A model generated the notes under the pieces. The model made no database searches. It was not told the origin of the DNA and worked only from the letters and a program-made list of their open reading frames with translations. Shown piece after piece: positions 1 to 6,916 of a stretch of DNA of 20,388 nt (its first letter is position 1; every line of letters starts with the position of its first letter). This DNA comes from Candidatus Eiseniibacteriota bacterium (GTDB lineage: Bacteria > Joyebacterota > Joyebacteria > Joyebacterales > Joyebacteraceae): positions 1-20,388 of the forward strand of contig JBDRFG010000080.1 of the NCBI GenBank assembly GCA_043819135.1, in the 5' to 3' direction. A program made the translations under genes and the position numbers.

Positions 1-156
1 TCATCGGCTTTGAGAGGCCTTGGTCTCTCACGGGCACATCCCCCTTTCCATCGCGAGTGGGTAGGACTATGGATGTGCCCACTTTCTATCCTCCTCAACA
101 ACCTCTCAACCCCTTTCTACACACTGACTGATACACCACCCCGAGCCTGCCCGCCA

Positions 157-185
157 TTGAAGCGTCCCCTCCAACATCGTAGAAT
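157..185 (+). promoter_or_regulatory. Putative sigma70 promoter for the DAK2-DegV gene
   Basis: TTGAAG (157-162), 17-nt spacer, TAGAAT (180-185), about 45 nt upstream of the ATG at 231. Confidence 0.6.
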
Positions 186-230
186 AGAGGATGTCTTACC
201 CCACTGTGGCAGCGACCGGAGAACACCCGG

Positions 231-2129
231 ATGGCACGAGATCACATTCACTACATCGACGGTCCCTGCCTGATCTCCGCTCTCATCAGCGGAGCCGAGC
301 TCGTGGCCTCGAAGCGTCTTCACCTGAACGACATCAATGTCTTCCCCGTTCCTGACGGAGACACCGGTAACAACCTCACGATGACTCTCAAGGCCGCCAC
401 GGACGCGGTGCGCGGTCTCGGAGACGCGTCGCTCGGCGAGGTATCCGAGGCGCTGTCCCGCGCGATCCTGATTGGGGCGCGAGGGAACGCGGGCATCATT
501 CTGGCGCAGTTCATACGTGGCTTCGCGCGTGAGGTCCAGGGCCTGGACAAGCTCTACCCCAGGGGCTTCGCTGAGGCCCTGGAGAGTTCGGTAAGGGGCG
601 CTTACGACGCGATGGCCGAACCCACCGAGGGCACGGTCCTGACGGTGGTCAGGGAATCGGTCGCAGAGGTCTCGCGTCTGGTTGCGGACGGCGAGGAGGA
701 CTTCGTGCCGCTTCTCGAGGCGATGCACCGGGCCGCGGCAGAGAGCCTCGCACGGACGCCCGAGCTCCTGCCGGTCCTGAAGGAAGCGGGCGTAGTGGAC
801 GCCGGAGGGGAGGGTTTCGTAGACCTGCTCGAGGGCGTGCTCAAGCTGGTCAGGGGGGAGAAGGTCGAGTCGGTCCTCGACTCCGTTGGCTCTGATGGAC
901 CGGGCGTCGCGCTCGGCCTGAAGGAGCACGACCTCAAGTACCGCTACTGCACTGAGGTCCTGCTCGAGGGCCCGCGGGCCGACGTTGTGGACGTCAAGGT
1001 CAAGCTGGCCGGCATGGGCGGCTCGCTCGTGGTGGTTGGCTCACCGGGGCTTGTCAGGGTGCACATCCATACGAACTCCCCCGACGCCGTGTTCGACGCG
1101 GTCGCGGGGTTCGGAGACCTCTTCGGCAAGAAGGTCGACGACATGAGGGAACAACACCGCGAGTTCATCCGCGGCGCTGTGGAGAGCGACGCCGACTCGA
1201 GCCGTGGGGCTGGTGACGAGCCCGGAATCGCCCCGTCCGACGGGCGCAGGGGGACGTCGCGCGACCGCCGCCGCCGCAGGGTGCGGATAGTCACCGATTC
1301 GTCCGCCGACCTGCCGGAGGACGTCGCCGCCGACCTCGGGATCACGGTCGTGCCGCTGACCATCAATTTCGAGGACGCCAGCCTCAGGTGCGGCGTCGAC
1401 ATGAAGAACGACCAGTTCTACGAGAAGCTCGAGAGCTCACGGACGCTTCCCACAACCTCGCAGCCGACACCGCACGACTTCCTGCAGACCTACGAGGAGC
1501 TGAGCTGGGAGACGAGGGACATCCTCTCCATCCACCTGTCGTCCTCGATGAGCGGCACGACTCAGTCGGCACGGACGGCGGCCGCCACTGTCAGCGGCGT
1601 GGATGTGGAGATAGTCGACTCGCGCGTCGTCTCCGCCCCGCTGGGGATGATGGTCATCGAGGCCGCCAGGGCTGCGGAGCGGGGCGCGGACATCGCGGAG
1701 CTCAAGATGCTGGTGTCGAACCTCAGCGTCAGAGCGCGGGTGTTCTTCACCGTGGCGGATCTCGGCTACCTGGTCCGCGGAGGCAGAATCGGCCTCGCCA
1801 GGGCGCTTCTTGGTAAGCTGGCGGGCATCACGCCCATTCTGACCATCGAGGACGGGATGGTCGCGCCGGCGGGGAAGGCGCGCGGAGACAAGGCCGTGTT
1901 GAAGGCGCTCGTCGACCTCGCGCGGCCGGAACTCGACGGGGGATCGGGGGGCGTGCTCGGTGTGCTCCACGCACGCCGCCCGGAGGCGGCCGCCGCCGCA
2001 CGCGAGGCGTTCAGCGACGCCTTCGGTTTCGATGAGTCCTACGTGTTCGAGCTGGGCGGTATCGTCGGCACTCACACCGGTCCGGGTGCGTGGGGAGTGA
2101 GCTACTTCCGGCGCAGGCCCGCCCGCTGA
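231..2129 (+). CDS. DAK2/FakA-like kinase domain fused to a DegV/FakB fatty-acid-binding domain (fatty acid kinase-like fusion), 632 aa
   Basis: FakA/DAK2 motifs LNDINVFPVPDGDTGNNL, GARGNAG, EGTVLTV, GVVDAGG; middle-domain YRYCTE...VHIHTN; DegV motifs IVTDSSADL, PTTSQP, LSSSMSGT, LVRGGRIG, GTHTGPG; GGAG RBS upstream. Confidence 0.92.
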   Translation: MARDHIHYIDGPCLISALISGAELVASKRLHLNDINVFPVPDGDTGNNLTMTLKAATDAVRGLGDASLGEVSEALSRAILIGARGNAGIILAQFIRGFAREVQGLDKLYPRGFAEALESSVRGAYDAMAEPTEGTVLTVVRESVAEVSRLVADGEEDFVPLLEAMHRAAAESLARTPELLPVLKEAGVVDAGGEGFVDLLEGVLKLVRGEKVESVLDSVGSDGPGVALGLKEHDLKYRYCTEVLLEGPRADVVDVKVKLAGMGGSLVVVGSPGLVRVHIHTNSPDAVFDAVAGFGDLFGKKVDDMREQHREFIRGAVESDADSSRGAGDEPGIAPSDGRRGTSRDRRRRRVRIVTDSSADLPEDVAADLGITVVPLTINFEDASLRCGVDMKNDQFYEKLESSRTLPTTSQPTPHDFLQTYEELSWETRDILSIHLSSSMSGTTQSARTAAATVSGVDVEIVDSRVVSAPLGMMVIEAARAAERGADIAELKMLVSNLSVRARVFFTVADLGYLVRGGRIGLARALLGKLAGITPILTIEDGMVAPAGKARGDKAVLKALVDLARPELDGGSGGVLGVLHARRPEAAAAAREAFSDAFGFDESYVFELGGIVGTHTGPGAWGVSYFRRRPAR

Positions 2130-2175
2130 TCCCGCCGCATCATCTTCGCAGGGATCTTCTCAAGATCAGGGAGCG

Positions 2176-2212
2176 CAACGAAACCCGCCCGACGCGTCAG
2201 CGCCGGGCGGGT
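2176..2212 (-). terminator. Intrinsic terminator downstream of the PEP-CTERM gene, between convergent genes
   Basis: Minus strand ACCCGCCCG-G-CGC-TGAC-GCG-T-CGGGCGGGT hairpin (the G-U pair forms only on the minus strand) followed by TTCGTT. Confidence 0.7.
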
Positions 2213-2245
2213 GATGATATCCGTTCAACGTGCTACTGCGTCGCG

Positions 2246-2923
2246 CTACTTCCTGCGTCTGCGGAGAACGGCGACCGAACCGAGGAGGCCGCTGCCGAGC
2301 AGCATGAGTGTTGCGGGCTCGGGGACCGGAGGAGTGGTCGAATCGGGCGCAAGAATGTGGTAGTCGACCGATCCGTCCCGCGCCGCGTCCAACGGGTCCA
2401 CGTCACCCGCTGTGAACCCTTTGTTCCACGCCGTGTTCACTCCGTACCCGCCCGCCACGCCGTCCTTGGCGAAGAAATCCTTCCAAACCGGGACGCGCCA
2501 GCTGTCGAACTCGATCTGCGTGACGTTGCCGGAAGCTTCGTCGAACTTGATGCCGTAGACGTCCTCGGGCATGTTCGGATTCGGCTGATCGAGGCCCGTT
2601 GCCGGGTGCCAGCCGATTTCCATTTTGGTGAAGTCTCCGCTCTCGTTGAAGATGTCATTGCTTGTGAAGTTGTGGGAGACCTCGAGGATGAAATGACTAG
2701 TCGCGCCGTCCGGATGTCCGAACACGTACGAGTAGTGCCAAGAGTTGTTCGCGTTCTGCGTGACCACCCATTCGAAGAGTGTCGGCCCCGTCACGAGCCA
2801 GTTCCCTGTTCCCTGAATGCCGCCGTCGGTGCTCAGCAGGCTCCCGAAATAGGCCGCGGACACAGACGGGATCGCCAGCATCGCCACGAGCAGAAGTGCT
2901 CCAAACAGTCTCGGTGCTCTCAT
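2246..2923 (-). CDS. PEP-CTERM sorting-domain exported protein, about 225 aa
   Basis: Signal peptide MRAPRLFGALLLVAMLAIPSVSA; C-terminus VPEPATLMLLGSGLLGSVAVLRRRRK (PEP motif, TM helix, basic tail); ATG at 2923 preceded by GGGGGA (alternative start 2938). Confidence 0.93.
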   Translation of the reverse strand: MRAPRLFGALLLVAMLAIPSVSAAYFGSLLSTDGGIQGTGNWLVTGPTLFEWVVTQNANNSWHYSYVFGHPDGATSHFILEVSHNFTSNDIFNESGDFTKMEIGWHPATGLDQPNPNMPEDVYGIKFDEASGNVTQIEFDSWRVPVWKDFFAKDGVAGGYGVNTAWNKGFTAGDVDPLDAARDGSVDYHILAPDSTTPPVPEPATLMLLGSGLLGSVAVLRRRRK

Positions 2924-2991
2924 GGTCGTTTCCCCCATGCGCTCAATGACGCTTGAGTACAGTTCCTCAGAGGTTCCGTTTGTATGCTCCC

Positions 2992-3019
2992 ATTATACCA
3001 TGTCTGGCGAATCTGTCAA
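2992..3019 (-). promoter_or_regulatory. Consensus sigma70 promoter for the PEP-CTERM gene
   Basis: Minus strand TTGACA-N16-TATAAT with extended -10 (TGGTATAAT). Confidence 0.8.
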
Positions 3020-3249
3020 GGCTGAATCCGGGCTCCATTTACGCCCCGCAACCCCACAACGCGGTCAACGCTCCTTGTCTCTCCCAGCAGCCCCACCTGT
3101 TCAAGTGCTCCTGACTGAGCCGGTTTCTTCTGGAGATGTGCGCAGCTGAGCGGCCGGCCCCCGCTCGCGGACGGGTCGGCCATGCGGGTTCTTCCTCCGG
3201 CATTCGCCCCGCGGGCGAGCAGCCCTCGGGTGGCGCGTGGCCGTACGAC

Positions 3250-3279
3250 TGGACGCCGCGTCGTCCCTTCTGTTATCCT
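3250..3279 (+). promoter_or_regulatory. Possible promoter of the LysR gene
   Basis: TGGACG-N18-TATCCT with extended -10 TG (TGTTATCCT), about 28 nt before the GTG start. Confidence 0.35.
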
Positions 3280-3306
3280 CGGCATTCGGAAAGAGAGGGA
3301 CACAAC

Positions 3307-4230
3307 GTGATTCTCGACAAGAAGATACGCGTCTTCCTTGCGACGGCCGAGGCCGGCAGCTTCAGCCGTGCCGCCAGACAGTTGTCGCTGAGCCAGTCGG
3401 TCGTGAGCTTCCACGTCAAGGCTCTCGAGCAGGAACTCGGCGTGTCGTTGTTTCGTCGGCAGGGCAGGAGCATCTCGCTCACCACAGAGGGAAGACTGTT
3501 GTTCGACGAGGTGTACAAGCTGGCCCGGGAGGCTCGACGCATTGAGAACGTTTTCTCGGCGCAGTCCGAGGAGATCGCGCAGCGCATCTACATCGCCGGC
3601 GACGCGCTGACGTGTGCCTTCACACTTCCATGGACTCTCGCGGCCTTCCGCGAAGAGTATCCGGACGTGCTGTTCACGTACGAGCATCTGGATGAGGGAG
3701 AACTCATCAGCAGGCTGGTGTCAGGCGAACTCGACGTTGCGCTGGCCGGCCACCAGGTTCAGCACCGGAAGCTGACGGCGACACCCTGTTTCCAGGACAA
3801 GATAGTGCTCGTCGGCCCGTCCAAGAGCGCGCCCGACAGCGTTACTATCGACGAGTTGAAGGAGACCGCACTACTCTGGGCCACGAGCGACCGCGGGCTG
3901 GAGCTCTTGCTCAGCAAGGACCTTCCGGAGGCCGGACTTGCCCTGAAGGACCTGAACGTCTTCATGGAGGTGGACGACCTCCCCATACTCAAGACGTTCG
4001 TGCGGGCGGGGGTTGGAATGGCCTTCCTGCCGTTCCTGACCGTCTCGGATGAGGTGCGCTTCGGCTTCCTCAAGGTCGTCGACGTTCCGGGTCTTGAACT
4101 TGAGCGCACCAACTACCTTGTTCATCGCAGGGAGAAGACCCCCAGGCACGTGGTCCGGGCCCTGGTCGACTTCGTCGAGAACCGCGACTGGCAGGCCGTT
4201 CTGGACGCCCAGGGGCGGGGAGAGCAGTAG
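3307..4230 (+). CDS. LysR-family transcriptional regulator (CysL/CbbR-like substrate-binding domain), about 307 aa
   Basis: HTH region FLATAEAGSFSRAARQLSLSQSVVSFHVKALEQELGVSLFRR...LTTEG; C-domain motifs GELDVAL and VRAGVGMAFLP; GTG at 3307 after the GAGAGGGA RBS (the ORF-track start at 3136 is too long). Confidence 0.93.
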   Translation: MILDKKIRVFLATAEAGSFSRAARQLSLSQSVVSFHVKALEQELGVSLFRRQGRSISLTTEGRLLFDEVYKLAREARRIENVFSAQSEEIAQRIYIAGDALTCAFTLPWTLAAFREEYPDVLFTYEHLDEGELISRLVSGELDVALAGHQVQHRKLTATPCFQDKIVLVGPSKSAPDSVTIDELKETALLWATSDRGLELLLSKDLPEAGLALKDLNVFMEVDDLPILKTFVRAGVGMAFLPFLTVSDEVRFGFLKVVDVPGLELERTNYLVHRREKTPRHVVRALVDFVENRDWQAVLDAQGRGEQ

Positions 4231-4286
4231 CCCCACCCGCTGTGGCCCACCGCAGCTCTCCGATCGCCGTCGCGGTGGTCATTCTC

Positions 4287-4313
4287 GCACCGATAGTGGC
4301 GTCTCATCGGTGC
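4287..4313. promoter_or_regulatory. Candidate LysR operator (palindromic T-N11-A box) upstream of the cytochrome genes
   Basis: GCACCGAT-N11-ATCGGTGC: perfect 8-bp arms with T4294-N11-A4306. Confidence 0.55.
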
Positions 4314-4358
4314 CACCGAGCCGGACCCACTGGAGCTACCCCGAGGAGGTGACCGTTG

Positions 4359-4841
4359 ATGAAGAGACTGCTCATCATCGCTCTGGCCGTCATCGCGCTC
4401 TGCGTACTGCTGGCTGGTTCGTCCTTCGTGGACGAGACCGGGAAGGACGGGGCCAGGAAGGACGAGACTGGTAACGAAGAGACCGGGACGGCCGCGACAC
4501 CCGTCGGGCAGAAGGTCTTCACAGAGGCCAAGTGCCAGATGTGCCACACGGTCTACTCGTCAGGCATAGGCGAGCCCCCCGCCGAGGATGCAAAGGCAGA
4601 GGACGATGTGGCAGGACATCCGGACCTTTCCACGACCGGTGTTGGCCGGACGGCGGAGTGGATGTCCCTCTTCATGCAGAAGAAAGAGCCCCTGAACGAC
4701 AAGAAGCACGTGTTGAGCTTCAACGGCAGCGACGAAGACCTCGCCACGCTCGTGAACTGGCTCCTCACGCTCAAGCCGGCCGAGGTCGCCGCGCCCGAGG
4801 CCGAGAAGGCAGAGGGCGCCGAGCCAGAGAAAGGTCGGTAG
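4359..4841 (+). CDS. Exported monoheme c-type cytochrome, about 160 aa
   Basis: N-terminal signal/anchor; GQKVF..AKCQMCH heme motif; PDLS..G..R..EW class I cytochrome pattern; GGAGG RBS at 4345-4349. Confidence 0.85.
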   Translation: MKRLLIIALAVIALCVLLAGSSFVDETGKDGARKDETGNEETGTAATPVGQKVFTEAKCQMCHTVYSSGIGEPPAEDAKAEDDVAGHPDLSTTGVGRTAEWMSLFMQKKEPLNDKKHVLSFNGSDEDLATLVNWLLTLKPAEVAAPEAEKAEGAEPEKGR

Positions 4842-4847
4842 ACACGC

Positions 4848-5429
4848 ATGAGCGCTACCATTCTGGCAGTCCTCGCGGTCGTCACCATCGTGCTCCTGGT
4901 CGTCCTGACCAGGTTCCTGAAGACCCCCTCCACCGGTGCGGCCAGGGCATTCTCGCTGATCGCCATGGTGGCACTCCCTGCCCTGTGGCTCCTGGGCATG
5001 CTCGCGTACGCCGACTCGGAGATGAGGACGGTCAGCTTCTGCACGAGTTGCCACGAGATGGACGCCTACGGCACCAGCATGGAGATCGAGGGCGACGGGT
5101 CCCTCGCGGCCGCGCACTACCGCAACGGTTACGTCGACAGGACGAAGGCCTGCTACACGTGCCACACGAACCCGGGGTTTGCCGGCTACGTCGACGCCAA
5201 GATGAGGGGGATGAACGACGTCCGCGTGCACTACTTCGGGAAGCCGTTGGAGGAACTGGAGCTGGTCGAGCCCTATCGGAACGCCGTCTGTCTCAAGTGC
5301 CACGGAGAGGTGGAGGGCCTCCTGGAGGGGAGCTGGCACCAGTACCCGGAGACGCTCATGGGCGAACTCAAGGCCGAAGAGATGTCGTGCCTCGATTGCC
5401 ACGGCGCCGGTCACATTCTGGAGGACTGA
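4848..5429 (+). CDS. Membrane-anchored tetraheme cytochrome c, NapC/NirT/NrfH-like, 193 aa
   Basis: Two N-terminal hydrophobic helices; four CxxCH motifs (CTSCHEM, CYTCH, CLKCH, CLDCH); FCxxCHxM first-heme signature; K..G..D segment (AKMRGMND). Confidence 0.88.
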   Translation: MSATILAVLAVVTIVLLVVLTRFLKTPSTGAARAFSLIAMVALPALWLLGMLAYADSEMRTVSFCTSCHEMDAYGTSMEIEGDGSLAAAHYRNGYVDRTKACYTCHTNPGFAGYVDAKMRGMNDVRVHYFGKPLEELELVEPYRNAVCLKCHGEVEGLLEGSWHQYPETLMGELKAEEMSCLDCHGAGHILED

Positions 5430-5430
5430 C

Positions 5431-5646
5431 ATGGTCGGTCCGTTCAAGCTCTTCCCCTCGGGCCCCGGCGCCGCTACGGTGATGCTTCTGCGGGGCGTGC
5501 TCTCCCAGATCGCGGGGGTCCTGGTGCTCTCGGTGGCTTTCTTCACCAAGATGCCGCTCCTTCTCGTGGTCGTCATTCCCCTGGGTGGACTGCTCATCGC
5601 TCTGGGCTTCGTGGCATGGTTGTGGGCCACGGTCCGGGTCAAGTAG
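5431..5646 (+). CDS. Small hypothetical membrane protein with about 2 TM helices, 71 aa
   Basis: ATG 1 nt after the upstream stop, GGAGGA RBS inside the upstream gene end, GC3-rich codons, two hydrophobic segments. Confidence 0.75.
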   Translation: MVGPFKLFPSGPGAATVMLLRGVLSQIAGVLVLSVAFFTKMPLLLVVVIPLGGLLIALGFVAWLWATVRVK

Positions 5647-5715
5647 GGTTGAAGGCGTAGAGCCTGGACGCCGCCCATCCGAACGCTGTGACTCTCGAGA
5701 CGAGCGAGGTGAATC

Positions 5716-6723
5716 ATGGCGAAGAACACGCACACGATAGACATCAACTCCGGCCGGCGGACCGCCGAAGCGAAACACGATGAACCTCTGTTCTTCGCGC
5801 TCGACCGGTCGGGCATCCACCTGCCCTCCGCGTGCGGCGGGCGCGGCATATGCGGCCTCTGCAGGACGCGCGTGCTCTCCGGAGGTGGCGACGTCAACGA
5901 CATCGAGAGACAGCACCTGTCGGAGGCAGAGGTCGCCGCGGGTGTGCGCCTCTCCTGTCAGCTCAGGGTGCGGGGCGACCTGTCGACCGAGGTGGCCGAG
6001 AGCGTTCTCAAGGCCCGGCGCTTCAAGGCGTCCGTCGCCGGTAAGCGCCGCCTGACATACGACATGGTGGAGGTTCGCTTCGAGCTGGACGAAGCTGTGA
6101 GCGTGGCTGACAAGCCTGGGCAGTTCATCAGGCTGGAGGTGCCGCAGGAGGGCGGACCGGTTCACCGCGCGTACTCGATAAGCTCGCTGGCCTCCGAGAA
6201 GGGCGTCGTGGAGACCGTCGTTCGACTGGTTCCGGATGGAGTCGGCTCGCTCTACGTGCACCGTCTCGAGGCCGGCGACCCGGTGGTCTTCATGGGACCC
6301 TACGGCGAGTTCGAACTCAGCCAGGACCCCGAGGTCGCGGTCGTGTGCGTGGGGGGCGGGTCGGGCGTTTCCCCGATCAAGAATCTGATCTACTCCATCT
6401 ACGAGCGCTGGCCCGAGCGTGAGTGCTGGCTCTTCTTCGGGTGCAGAAGCTCGCGAGACGTCTTCTACTACGAAGAGTTCCGAGAACTCGCGCGCGAGCA
6501 TCCGTCGTTCCGCGTCGTATACGGCCTCTCTGAGCCCGAGGAGGGGACGGACTGGGACGGCGAGACCGGGTTCATACATCTCTCGGTCGAGAAACTCCTT
6601 GAGAAGAGCACCGCCGCGCGCCAGGCGTTCCTGTCCGGTCCACCGCCGATGATCGAGGCCGCGATGAAGGTCCTCGAAGGCAAGGGGATCGGACGGAAGG
6701 ACATGTACTACGACAGGTTCTGA
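5716..6723 (+). CDS. Soluble 2Fe-2S ferredoxin / FAD / NAD(P)-binding oxidoreductase (NqrF-like, FNR family), 335 aa
   Basis: SACGGRGICGLC...RLSCQ 2Fe-2S ligands; RAYSISS, GVGSLY, GPYGEF, GGGSGVSP, FFGCRS, SGPPPMI; terminal YYDRF; GAGGTG RBS. Confidence 0.9.
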   Translation: MAKNTHTIDINSGRRTAEAKHDEPLFFALDRSGIHLPSACGGRGICGLCRTRVLSGGGDVNDIERQHLSEAEVAAGVRLSCQLRVRGDLSTEVAESVLKARRFKASVAGKRRLTYDMVEVRFELDEAVSVADKPGQFIRLEVPQEGGPVHRAYSISSLASEKGVVETVVRLVPDGVGSLYVHRLEAGDPVVFMGPYGEFELSQDPEVAVVCVGGGSGVSPIKNLIYSIYERWPERECWLFFGCRSSRDVFYYEEFRELAREHPSFRVVYGLSEPEEGTDWDGETGFIHLSVEKLLEKSTAARQAFLSGPPPMIEAAMKVLEGKGIGRKDMYYDRF

Positions 6724-6761
6724 CCCGCGCCAGGACCGCTCTACAGGGTCGCTCAGGATTA

Positions 6762-6790
6762 TTGACTACATCACGAAATTATGGTATAAT
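6762..6790 (+). promoter_or_regulatory. Near-consensus sigma70 promoter for the S8 peptidase gene
   Basis: TTGACT-N17-TATAAT with extended -10 TG, in an AT-rich patch. Confidence 0.82.
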
Positions 6791-6916
6791 CTGTAACTAG
6801 TGGGGGCAGCGAACGCGGCAGCCACGCGCCGTCGCGCCCGTCGCCACTTCGATATCTGAAAGCGCACAATCTGCGAGCGATGAACGCCGCTTGAGCGGCG
6901 TAAAGGAGGCAACACG

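Noticed and set aside
3020..3245. ncRNA in the PEP-CTERM/LysR divergent intergenic region
   Set aside because: Only short GC-rich hairpins, with no recognisable family signature or terminator
5427..5646. Selenocysteine or TGA readthrough joining the tetraheme and the small ORF (also considered for other TGA stops)
   Set aside because: The downstream ORF is in a different frame with its own RBS; the proteins appear complete at their TGA stops, and no TGA was seen at a conserved Cys position
3249..5674. Shared 11-mer CTGGACGCCGC upstream of the LysR gene (3249-3259) and the reductase gene (5664-5674)
   Set aside because: GC-rich word with near-matches inside coding sequence (e.g. 4201); the second copy has no convincing -10 box, so it could be chance
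5716..6723. Calling this gene nqrF of a Na+-NQR complex
   Set aside because: No N-terminal TM anchor, shorter than NqrF, and no nqrA-E in the window
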